64,000 nt of DNA from Octopus sinensis (taxonomy: Eukaryota): the NCBI RefSeq assembly GCF_006345805.1, contig NC_043003.1:30938001-31002000 (forward strand), read 5' to 3'. This document shows positions 12,037 to 24,407 of this stretch, piece by piece (within the stretch, counting starts at the first letter, position 1; each line of letters begins with the position of its first letter). A model generated the notes under the pieces. The model made no database searches. It worked only from the letters and a program-made list of their open reading frames with translations, and was not told where the DNA came from. The position numbers and the translations under genes were made by a program.

Positions 12037-14371
12037 AAGTCAGGAGAAGAAGGCAGCGGTTATGATCCTTAACAGAGTCTCTGAAATGGTAAGTAAAGAG
12101 GGAAAGAGGGAGAAATATTTTCATAAACTGGAAGCATGGCCCAAATGCTTCCAACAAAGTGGTCTCCACTGAAAGTGCCAAAGGTGCCAGGTGGTAGTGT
12201 TAAATCAGGTAATGGGTTGACCACTCACGATTAAGTCTACTCCAAAATTTAATTTACCAGCTGACTTCTCCAAATTTAAATTTGCCTTACCGTGATTGAA
12301 TTTACTAACCAAGACTAAGTCGCCATTCAAGACATTGTAAGAACCCTTTTTAGACAGAAAGAGCCATAGTATCCAAACTACCTATCTATAGTTTGCTGGT
12401 GAATCTGTTATTGATTACACTACAGGTACTCTGTAGTGTGAACTTGTTGCTCTTTTTTCTCTCTAAACTCTACATGCCCTAGTTCATGTAGTTGCTGAAG
12501 AATAATTATCAGATCTGAGAATGTTTGCTATGATAAACTGGCATCCTCTCTGGAGGATGAATCATCTTGTAGATACTATTATAGTCATCATCATCATCGT
12601 TTAATGTCCGCCTTCCATGCTAGCATGGGTTGGATGATTTGACTGAGAACTGGCGAACCAGATGGCTGCACCAGGCTCCAATCTTGATCTGGCAGAAAGA
12701 ACAATCATTTGAGATACAACTGCTGGAACTGCTGTATGTCTGAAGCCAAGTTTATGCACTTCTTTGGTGGATACCTTGGTGTACTAAATAGCTCACCACT
12801 GTAAGTAACTGTAACACTATAATTTGCTGCTTTGTGGCTCAGTTCTTTCTGCTTGTAAAGCTATCTCCAGTGGTTCAGTATCTTATCCAGAGTGTGGTTT
12901 ATCTCTCATCCACTTAAAGCTACAGAAGTCAAAATGAAGATCAGTACTGCAGTTCTTAGTGATCCAGAATGTGTTAGCCTTATGAGATGCTATTTGTGGA
13001 GACATTTACCATTATCATATATTTGTTTGTGTGTGTGGCTGTTATGGATGGTTAGTTCAAAAGGTTGAATGGATAAGCTATGGGTATTGAATTACAGCAG
13101 GCAGTTTAGGATCTCTGAACATAACAGTTAATTCTATATACCTCAGTTCACTTCACTGCTGAAAAATATATAACAGATCTTCTGGAAAGCTTTCTGTGAT
13201 GGTTGTGTGATTCTAGCTAGTAGAGGATTCATTTCATATTTACTTCATGCTGCACAGTCTTTGATTAATTAAAGACCCAATCTTTAATTAAGCCACTGAT
13301 TGTATAGATTTCTGTTCTATTGTTACATGGAGAACTGACAGTCATTGGAGCATTGGTTAAAAGGCCTTGTGGTTTTTGTTCTGACAAGTTCAAATCCTGT
13401 TGATATCAGAAGTCAATTTTGACATTCGTCCTTCTGGGATCAATAAATAAAAAATACTTTTGAGAAGGGTTATGTGAAACTACTTACCAGGTCTCTTTCT
13501 CCAGGGATGGAGAAGGATTGAGCAAAAAGATGAATTTACATCTATTAGTAAAACTGATAAGCTGTTGAAACCGTCCTTGGACAGATTGATGTGCAATATC
13601 ACTTAGAATGGAAATAAGAAGAGCAAACTGAAAAAACTAGTTTTTATGGATGGATGCATTTCATAGCATTATTCACATGCATAGAACCCTCCACCACACA
13701 CACACATGCACAGACAGACAGAGAGACACACAGACAGACAGTAATGTCATGACCCTGTTTTTCAGCTTGGTAAGCTGAGTATAATATACTGCTTCTAGAT
13801 CAAGGTTTAAAATCATAGCCTTAGGATTAGTAAGCCATTCATGTCTTTTGTGTTTAATTCATGTTGATTTTGCTTTGGCTTTTAATTTAAGGTGATATTT
13901 AAACACCATTTATTAACTTGTTGTTATTTTTCTTGCTAAGATTTTAAATATACAAACAAGCACCCAGAGTAATCTGTGTTTTGTAAATATAATATATGTT
14001 TGTTTACATATTAGTCAGGAGGAGGTGGGTGGAGTTAGTTTCTTTCAGTAAAGCTATAATCACTACACATTTGAAGAAAACAACTTTGTTCCTAAACATG
14101 TACACACATGAATAACATACAAACAAAACCATGAAGTTGTATAAAGCAAAACCTCAATATCTGGTCAACTTTGACAGTAACTACGGATATATAAAATTGT
14201 CAGAACTTCATCAGAAAGACGAGATTTCATAATTATAGCCAGAAAATTCACCAGCCCTGATATGTTGCCAGTCATCTGCAAAGCTCAAATAAGACGATGT
14301 TGAAGTATAGCTCACTTATCTAGGGTGGTGCTTCTGCTTCTTCATATGGGTCATAAAATTGATATAATGTA

Positions 14372-14460
14372 TACAGTAATCCCTTGACTATTGCAGGGTT
14401 ACATTCCACTCCCCCCCCATGATAGGTGAAAATCCGCTAAGTAGAAACAGTACTGTATAT
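14372..14460 (+). mobile_element. Tigger/pogo-like terminal fragment
   Basis: TA-CAGTAATCCCTTGACTATTGCAGGGTTACATTCC resembles TcMar-Tigger/pogo terminal repeats; no partner end found. Confidence 0.45.
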
Positions 14461-14480
14461 TCTTTTTATTATTTTGATAG

Positions 14481-14540
<60 letters not shown>

Positions 14541-14592
14541 TATATATAATATATATAGTTCAATATATATAGTTCAATATATATATATATAT

Positions 14593-15706
14593 GGGCAAAG
14601 TTCAGAGAGCTCTTACCTCTACTGGTGACAAAAGGCCTCTCGCACAGAGTGAAAGGCAGACTGTATGATGCGCGTGTGTACGAACAGCCATGCTACATGG
14701 CAGTGAAACATGGGCCGTGACTGCTGAGGATATGCGTAAGCTCGCTAGAAATGAAGCCAGTATGCTCCGATGGATGTGTAATGCCGGTACTCACACATCG
14801 GCAGAGTGTAAGTACCTTGAGAGAAAAGCTGGACCTAAGAAGCATCAGTTGTGGTGTGCAAGAGAGACGTTTGCGCTGGTATGGTCATGTGGCGAGAATG
14901 GATGAAGATAGTTGTGTGAAAAAGTGCCACACCCTAGCGGTTGAGGGAACCTGTGGAAGAGGCAGACCCAGGAAAACCTGGGACGAGGTGGTGAAGCACG
15001 ACCTTCGAACTTTAGGTCTCACTGAGGAAATGACTAGAGACCGAGACCTCTGGAAGTGTGCTGTGCGCGAGAAGACCCGGCAGGACAAGTGAGTCCATAA
15101 CCCGTGGCCTTCTACATGGGATGGAGCCAGCCTACGTATGCATACCTTCCCTTCTTGGGACACAAAACTCTACTTGTGAAGACGTGATGGCAAGTGAGGA
15201 TCAGAATCGAAATCGATCAATGGAAATTGCGGATGTGCTACCAGTGCCGGTGGCATGTCAAAACTCTGCTTGTGAAGACCCGTTGAGGCAAGTGACGATC
15301 AGAATCGAAATCGATCAATGGAAATCGATCAATGGAAATTGCAGATGTGTTACCAGTGCCGTGGCATGTAAGAGAACTTTCCGTTTCGCGACCGTGCCAG
15401 CACCGCCCCGTTTCGTGTCCGTTGCCAGCCTCGCCTGGCCCTCGTGCCGGTGGCACATAAAAAGCACCATCCGTCGTGGCCGTTTGCCAGCTCTGTCTGG
15501 CACCAGTGCGGGTGGCACGTAAAAAGCCCACCACTACACTCACGGAGTGGTTGGCGTAGGAAGGGCATCCAGCCGTAGAAACACTGCCAGATTTGACTGG
15601 GCCTGATGAAGCCTTCTGGCTTCACAGACCCCAGTAGAACCGTCCAACCCATGCTAGCATGGAAAAAGGACGCTAAACGATGATGATGATGATGATGATG
15701 ATGATG
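14593..15706 (+). mobile_element. 5'-truncated RTE LINE (copy A): ORF2 C-terminus, 3' UTR and (GAT)n tail
   Basis: MLHGSETWAVTAEDMRKL and RLRWYGHVARMDEDSCVKKC...RGRPRKTW; collinear with 53180-53674; (AT)n on both flanks. Confidence 0.92.
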
Positions 15707-15748
<42 letters not shown>

Positions 15749-17871
15749 CATCCTTTGTATCTCTGTTCCCATTGCATTCCCAAACAACTCAACCAAACTA
15801 AATCAAATAAAATCAAATTTTACATGGTGATACTATGAGACACCATGAGTGTCATCATGTAACTTTTTGGATTAAAACAATGGAAGATGTCGTAAAATGT
15901 AAGCAACATGAAATATGAAGGCAAACTTTTGTATGTGAACAACTAAAGAAACAAATGGAAAACAAGACAAGTAACATAAAGAACGACCCTTCATCAGTTG
16001 TTGGCTGTTTATCTACTCCACATTTTGATCAATTCAAAGCAGTTGCTCCCACGAACCAAAATAAATTTGGGATTTGCAGAGGGTCAAAGTGGGTAACAAA
16101 AATACGACAGGGAAAACAAACAGTGAGGGCCGCTAAGCCATACGAGGTAAGGTGGCGAATGCTGGAGGAACAATCTTTGACAGGAGAGAAGATAGGAGAG
16201 GAGACAGGCAAGAATACATCTGGTCTGTGACACAGACTGAAAGAAAAGAAAGATGATCTCATGGGGAAAAGATGGATGATGGTCACTTGTGACCAATGAG
16301 AGAGTAAAGGAGGAAGAGGGAGAGAGAGAGAGAGGGACAGATAGAAAATGGTGAAGGGGAGTAAAAAGAGTTAGAGAAAGCATGAGAGAAAAATCAAAGG
16401 GGGGGGTACAGGACAGAATCGCATCAAAATAAAGATAAACTTACTTGGACACAATAAATATCTGATGTTATAATTACCTGTAGATACAAATATCAATGTT
16501 TAAATTTTTCAAGAATAATTAAGCTACAGGATTCTAATTTAGCCTTACTTCATATTATGGACTCTTCTAAAACTTTATATTTTATATATAGCTTCATTAT
16601 ATACATTATATTATACATTGTGTCCTAATACATTTTAATTTCATATGCCTGAAGAGAATGATCCGATCAAACATTCAATTTTTAAAATTATTTGACACAC
16701 CATTTCTTTAAAATTTTAACCTTGATTCTATTAACTCTGATGAGAAAAATATAGAATATTGCTATGATTGGAGTTAGCTTGCCCATAGCAACCTATATCT
16801 TTTCGAAACTGCCGTATGATTTTATACATGTTCCAGACTCCTTATGAATCAGTTTACATCTGCTTCATCATCATCATCATTGTTTAATGTCCGCTTTCCA
16901 TGCTAGCATGGGTTGGACGATTTGACTGAGGTCTGGTGAACCACATGGCTGCACCAGACTCCAATCTGATCTGGCAGAGTTTCTACAGCTGGACGTCCTT
17001 CCTAACACCAACCACTCTTAGAGTGTAGTGGGTGCTTTTTTGTGCCACATGTACATGAGTCAGTCCAGCGGCACTGGCAATGACCTCTTCCTCGTCTACT
17101 CTACCTATCCCTCTCCCCCTCTCTCTGCTTCTTCCTCCTCCCTTCTTTCCTCACCCTCCCTGGTTTTTTCTCCTCCTGTGCTTCCTTCTCTCCACATATG
17201 CTTCTTTCTCCTCTGTTTTCTTCCATAGGTTTTTGCTTCTCCCTCTCCTCGTCTGCTCTTTACTCCTCATCCTTCCTCCTCCTTTTTCTTCCTCCTCTTC
17301 TGACTAACTTTTTTTTCCTTTTAAGGCCTAGAAAACAGATAACTGGGTGAGATTAATGCGATTAATAATTAATTACAATTGTTGCTAGTTAGAATGTGTG
17401 GATGTGAATGCATTGGCAATAAAGAATTTACATTTCTCAGGGCAAAAGGATTAGTGAGGATCACATCTCAGACTCTTTACTACATATCCACTGGTCATGT
17501 TTTTGATCTCATCCCATCATCCTTCCAGTTTTCACTTCCCTTCAAACTATTAAATCACCATTACTCTTCATGTGGTCTGTTATGATAGATGTTGGTTTTA
17601 ACTGTGTGGTGAGATATGTATGTACTAATGTAGTATGGTTTATTGTGTCTGTTGAGTGTCAGCAGAATATGAAGGTGGAGCAAGTACTTATCAAGGGTGA
17701 ACAGAAGGTGGAGTCAGTGTTTGTGTTCTCATTACAGATAGTAATCTGGCTGTCAGAACATTAAAAGGATCAATACCTGTCACACATGTGCTCTCACTTG
17801 CACACAACACATATGCCCTTGCTTTTTATATATTTCATGTCTAATATATCTATCCATCTGTCTGGCTATTT

Positions 17872-17903
<32 letters not shown>

Positions 17904-18289
17904 TAAATGCAAGCTCTCTGACAACATTGTATGTGTGTCTGTGGAACACAGATGTGCCAGATGTACATTCATTTACAAGTAAAAGCATACAAAACTGCAC
18001 CCCATTAGTAGAAGACTTATAAGCGTGTACCTACACATATACACCCACTCATATTCATACATTCAGGAAATACAAATAACACATGTATCATAAACATGTT
18101 ACAACATGAACACACGTACTAATTCTGTATATATTGCTGATAGGCATATACAAACTGACACACATATATGCATTATTACATACATACGCAATTGCACATA
18201 TGTGTAAATATTTACAAGAGCAAACATGAAAGTAATAGCTCATAGACTGAAATAACATACATTGTATACACACAGTGTATAACACTGGT

Positions 18290-18720
18290 GTCTTAACAGA
18301 TCAGTAGGCCACAATCACAATTCAACACTCTGCTGAATCTAGCTTATGTTTGATTTCTTGAATAAATACATTGTGACACACTCCAATGGAGAGATGACTT
18401 CTGACCTACTTTGATGTCACAAGGACACAATCACTATCGATATCAATGAAACAAACTTGCAGTGCACACGTTCTCATTATTATCTTCCAGTTGGGTAACT
18501 TGCCTAAACAAGTGCAACTCTTCCACATCAAACGACTTGTTTGAGCATTGTAACATGAACATCTGGCCTAAAATCTAGTGACACTTGTCTTTTGCTAACT
18601 GAAATATCTCATCTGCACACACGGTGTCTACAGATGGCAGTAGTAGTTTGCATACTGAACTAGTTGATCCTGGCTGTTGACAGTTTGTTGTCTGTTCATC
18701 TCCTCAACATCTAATGATAT
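18290..18720 (-). mobile_element. Possible Tc1-like 5' remnant
   Basis: Minus strand has ctactgccatctgtagacacc and a degenerate HLSIGVCHNVFIQ...IVAY stretch reminiscent of Tc1 N-termini; weak. Confidence 0.3.
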
Positions 18721-18742
18721 TCACCATTGACGCAATAAGTTC

Positions 18743-21700
18743 CATCATCATCGTTTAATGTCTGTTTTCTATGCTGGCATGGGTTGGACGGTTTGACTGA
18801 GGTCTGGAGAGCCAATCTGATCTGGCAATGTTTCTACAGCTGGATGCCCTTCCTAATGCCAATCACTCCGAGAGTGTAGTGGCTGCTTTTTACATGCCAC
18901 CAGCACAGGAGTCAGTCGGGCGGGCCTGGCATTGATCATTTTCGGATTGTGCTTTGTTTGTGCCACCGGCACAAGAGCCAGTCAGAGGGTACTGGCATCA
19001 GCCACAATCAGTTGGTAGTTTTTACGTGCCACTGGTACTGGAGCTGGTCAGGCAGACCTGGCATCGAGCACGTTTGGATGGTGCTTTTTGCATGTCACCG
19101 GCATGGGAGCCAGTCAGGGGGCACTGGCCACAGTTACGATATTGGTTTTACTTGACTCAACAGGTCTTCTCAAGCATTTAACATTGCCTGATGCATCAGA
19201 GCTATTCTTAACAGGGCCGCACATGCGTGGCTGTGATCTCACTTTAGTTGCTGGGTCTTCTCAATCACAGCATATGTCCAAAGATCCCGGTTTTCCGTCA
19301 TTGCCTCTGTGAGGCCCAATGTTCAAAGGTCATGCTTCACCACCTCATGCCATATCTTCCTGGGTCTACCTCTTCCACAGGTTCCTTCTACAGTTAGGAA
19401 GTGGCATTTCCTCACACAGCTGTCTTCATTCATACATAATACATGACCATACCAGCGCAGACACCTCTCTTGCACACCACATTTGATGTTTCTTAGGCCC
19501 AACTTTTCTCTCAGGGCACTTCCACTCTGTCATGTATGCACACTGACATTACACATCTAGTGGATCATACTAGCTTCATTTCTTTTCGAGCCTACGCATT
19601 TCCTCAGCATTCATGGCCCATGTTTCACTGTCATGTAGCATGGCAGTTCGCACACATGCATCATACAATCTACTTTTTCACCCTGAGCGAGAGGTCCTTA
19701 GTTGCCAGAAGAGGTAGGAGCTCCCTAAAATTTGCCCATGCTTTTCTTATTCTAGATGCTACACTCTCAGAGCAGCTACCCCCACTACAGACTTGGTTGC
19801 CTAGGTAGCAGAAACTATTAACTACTTGTAGTTTCTCCCTCTGGTATGTGATGGTATCTGTTTTCTGTACATCTTCAGTGTTTAGTTTTCTCGGTTAACC
19901 TTCCTTTGATATTGCTGCGCCTTTTATGTGTCCATAGCTTACACTTCGTACATTGTATGGACTTTCTACCCACATCTTTTCTACAGATCAAGAAGGGCCA
20001 TCTACCTGAAGTGGGTTGTGATTTGACAACCTTCCTACTTACTAAGACTTTGGTTTTTGCTAGGTTAACCCTAAGGCCCTTCAATTCTAGACCTTGCTTC
20101 CACACCCTAAACTTTGTGTCCAGTTCTGGCAGTAACTCATCTATTAGAGCAAAGTCATCAGCATAGAGGAGCTCCCAGGGGCAGCCTGCCTTGAATTCTT
20201 CTGTTATTGCCTGGAGGACTATAATGAATAAGAGGAAGCTGGGGACTGAACCTTGGTGAACCCCTACTTCTACTCGGAATTCTTCCCTATACTTGTTACT
20301 AACCCTCACCTTACTGACAGCATCCCTGTACAGGGCTTGTACTGCTCTTACCAACCACTTGTTTATCCCCAGTTTCTGCATTGACCACTAGATAAAGGAT
20401 TGTCAAAGGCTTTCTCCAAGTCAATAAACAGAGGATTATCTTTGGCTAGGTATTTCTCCTGCAGTTGCCTTACCAGAAATATAGCATCAGTGGTGCTTCT
20501 GCCTGGCACAAAACCAAACTGCATCTCATATAGGCTAACTCTCTCTTTAATTAGTTGGGCTATGACCCTCTCTGTAACTTTTATCACCTGATCCAATAAT
20601 TTGATACCCCTGTTGTTATTTCTATCTCAAGCATCACTTTTACCCCTTGTAGCAGTTGACTATGGTGCTGCTTCACCAGTCATTGGGTATGACCTCTTCA
20701 TGAACTACCTGATTTACAATGTAAGTGGCAAGACTATAACCCACACTGCCCAATATTTTAAGCATTCCAGTGTTGATTCCTGATGGGCCAGGGGTTTTCC
20801 TTGTCTTCATAACCTTAATTGCTTTATCTGTCTGGGTTCTGTTGATTTGGATAGCTGGTTCCTCAATTGGGTCAACCTTTGGCAGACTTTCCTCCTTCCA
20901 TTCATTCTCCATATTCAGTAGTCTTTCATAATGGCTTCTCCAAGCTTCTTTCTTTGCAGAATCATTAAATGCAAGGGCACCATCATCCATATGGATACAT
21001 TTCTCTCCTATGGCATCATGGTTTTCTCTCACATACTGTCTTGCAATCTGAAATACTTCAGTTCTTTGGTCCTCCTGTCGCTGAACATTAGCAAACTTCT
21101 TCTTTTCTCCTATTCCCTTGGCTATATATACCTGTCTCTTAGCTTCCCTTTTGGCTATCTGGTACATTCTCCTGCTACCCCTACTTTTCCAGGCATTCCA
21201 AGCCTGTTTCTTTGCTCTAATGGCCCTGTCTACAGTATTGTTCCACCACCATGTTACCCTGGGTCTGGAAGGGACTTTGTACCAGCCACAGATTTGGTCT
21301 CTGTCACTCAGCCAGCTGTCTCACAGGAATTCCCAGCTGCCTTTTATGTCATAGGACTGTAGTTCCTCCTGCCTATCATCAAATTTTTCAGTAAGGATAT
21401 TTCTAAATCTCTGATCATGTGAAGGGTTCCTAAGCTTCCAAGTCCTTTTTTCCCAGATTGGTCTGCTTTTTGGCATCCGTCTGGCCTCGAGTCTAAAGTC
21501 ACTAATAACTAGTCTATGTTTTGAGGTACATTCTTCATCAGGTAGAGTCTTTGTATTTAAGAGCAACCATGCATCCCACTGTCTGGTGAGAATGAAATCG
21601 ATCTGGCTAGCATAGTCACCTGATTGATAGGTTATCAGGTGGCTAGCTGGCTTCCTGAAGTTGGTGTTGCAGATCAATAGGTTAATTGTATTGCAGAACT

Positions 21701-22761
21701 CCAGGAACCTAATTCCCTCTTCATTTCTGGCACCAGCTCTATGGCCCCCATATATACTATTGAAGATACCAGATTGCTTTCCGACATGCCCATTAAAATC
21801 TCCAGCCACAAACATGAGATCATTGTCACTCATCTTTGAGGTAGCTGCAGAAGAATATCGTAAATGTGATCCTTCTGTTCATTTGGTAGGCCTGTTTGTG
21901 GGGTGTAGGCAGAGATAATAGTAGCTATACCATTCTGCAAGATTAGCCTGAGTTTAAGTACTCTGTTGCACACCCTCACTATCTCTATGACCTTATCCAC
22001 CCATTTCTCTGTAAGAAGTATGCTCACATCCTCTATTCCATCACTATTACCTTCCCAGAAGAGTTTATACCTATGTGCTTTACCTGTGAGGACCACTGGC
22101 TGAAGCTCCTCTCCATCTTACCTCTTGTATGTAACATATATCAACACTTCTCTATTCAAGCATCTCTGCAATCTCACTAGACCTACCTTTCAATGTGCTT
22201 ACATTTAGAGTGCCAATCCTGAAAACTGGTAAAGAGATATGAGAGGTAACACAGGAAGGGGAGATGTTATTCACTACCTGAAAAGAATGTTACCATGAAC
22301 TTTTGGCAACAGGAGTCATATTAGTTGTTCTTGCTTTTAACCTTCCATCATTCAAACATGTTAGAGTTGTTGAGGTTGTTACCTCTACTGGGGGGTGGGG
22401 GTGGGGTGAGGAAGCATTGTATATGAAAGTGTTTGGGACGTTGTAAATATAAGTGTTATGAGCCTAGTGGGTGAAGCATTACTGATATGTGTAAATAAAT
22501 AAAAAGTAAGTGGGCTACTATGTGGTTTAGTTAGTCTAGAGATGAAGGGGTGTGGAGAGAAGGGAAGGGCAACTGGATGTCCAGTAAAAGAAAAAGATTT
22601 CCGGTAAGAGAGAGAGAGATAAAGAGAAAGAGATTTCTGGTAAGGGAGAGAGATAAAGAGAAAGAAATTTCTGGTGAGAAAGAGATTTCTGGTAAGAGAG
22701 AAAGAGAAAGGGATTTCCAGTAAGAGAGAGAGAGAGAAAGGGATTTCCGATGAGAGAGAGA

Positions 22762-22794
<33 letters not shown>

Positions 22795-23590
22795 GAGATT
22801 TCCAGTAAGAGTGAGAGGGAAAAAGATTTTCGGTATTGGTGGCAGGGTTGGGAAAGGGTGGGTGCAACCACCGATACTAGAGGTCATTTTAAGGGCTAGA
22901 GCAAACAAGAAGGAGCTATTTTAGAGAAAAGTACGAAATAAGTATATACATGTTGCCAAGAAGCAAGGTTAGTCATTTTAGGGTTAGAACAAACAAACAA
23001 GAAAGAATTATTTTAGAGAATAGATGAGTTTGAATGAATGAGGCGATTAAAAAACAAAAGAGATTCTTAGCTTAGCTGTGCATATTTTCGTGTGTCATCA
23101 GCCACTAAACACATGGAATAAACTAACGAAAGTCTGAGAGAATGGGGGTAACAGGTGTGGAGGCAACAGCTAGAAATGGATGAAGAGCGCAGCCTTTGCC
23201 CTGGGCTTCAAATAGAAATAACAGGGAGTAGCCATTGCAACAAGAGATAAGAGAGATACAGAGTGGAAAGAAAGAAATTATTTAGTGAACACTACAGAAT
23301 ATGTATATATATATATAGTCAAGAAACAAGGGGTGGAATTATTATTTTAGGGGAGGAGATTGCAAATTTGGAAGTTATTTGATGAGTTAATATAGAGGTT
23401 TACAGTATAGGAAAGGCCATTTTAAGGGCTAGAACAAATGAGTTATTTTAGAGAAAAGTACGAAATAAGTATATACATGTAGCCAAGAAACAAGGTTAGT
23501 CATTGTAGGGTTAGAACAAACAAGAAAGAATTATTTTAGAGAATAAATGAGTTTGAATGAATGAGGCGATTAAAAAGCAAGAGAGATTCT
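18743..23590 (-). mobile_element. Near full-length degenerate RTE LINE (copy B): duplicated upstream unit, CT-rich 5' UTR, APE endonuclease, RT, PHD, 3' UTR
   Basis: Fragmented ORFs give FRIGTLNV, ISAYTPQ, VAGDFNGHVG, SQIDFIL (endonuclease) and QFGFVPGRSTTDAIF, GVHQGS, LLYADD (RT); many stops and frameshifts; (CAT)n tail at 18743. Confidence 0.92.
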
Positions 23591-24341
23591 TTTGTTTGCC
23601 GAAATAGATGACTTCAACCATGCTGCATCCCATGATTTCAGTGTACCCTGGCTTGGGTGGTTACATACTGTTTAACCCATTGCTAGGATCCTGACAAGTG
23701 CTACTGCTCTGGGCCAGAGCAGATCTGGGAACAATAGTAACTAAGAAGTGATTCCATGTTCTTCAAAACTCTGGAAATCCAGAACCGAGGGCCCACTACC
23801 TCTCTAGTCTTGAGCAATTTCTGACCCAATCTCATATACTTGACTCTCCTCCTCTCATTATAGCCTAATGTGTTTTACCCCCTCCCCCTGACTTTCTGGT
23901 TGCTGCACTAACTACCATACCCAATCCTTCCATTGCAGGATGTCCACCTGCTGGAATTCCCTCTTCTGTTTTTTTTTTTTTTTGCAGGCATAGATACTGT
24001 TGATGCTCAGACTAAATATCAACCGTATCAATACCACCAGACTGGGAGAGCCTGTGAAGGCCATTGGTACTGCCTCTGCTTCCTGACTAAGCCATAACAA
24101 GAAGAGTTCTTTTTTTTTAGGAACAGGCATAATTATCAATCATACTTACCCCTAATCTATAAAACTGATGTATCTTACCTCACATACATTATACACAATA
24201 ATATGTTTACACACACTATATAGAAGTACATATGTTGGGATTAATTATGTTATTTGTTTATAATCTTCTGAAAACTCTGTTTAATATATTAATAGACTTC
24301 ATGAAAAATTTCTGATGCTGATTTTTTAATTTTTTTCATAG

Positions 24342-24407
24342 GTCGTGGAAACATTGCAGAGGCTTTACGGCAAGGATTTTTGCAATTAGATACTGAAATG
24401 TTGAAAG
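24342..24407 (+). CDS. ppm-2: PP2C exon (S/RGNIAEALRQGFLQLDTEMLK), 66 nt, phase 1-1
   Basis: Acceptor ttttttcatAG, donor GTaatg; A-L-x-x-G-F-L-x-x-D pattern of PP2C. Confidence 0.9.

Noticed and set aside
12720-13260. Possible Tx1/L1 coding remnant
   Set aside because: Only vague resemblance (GY-LNSS, YLWR-LPL); no diagnostic motif could be confirmed by eye
23965-24100. Strong polypyrimidine acceptor at 23987 suggesting a cryptic PP2C exon
   Set aside because: The phase-1 frame has no convincing donor before the stop, and the peptide does not fit PP2C; no support without RNA data
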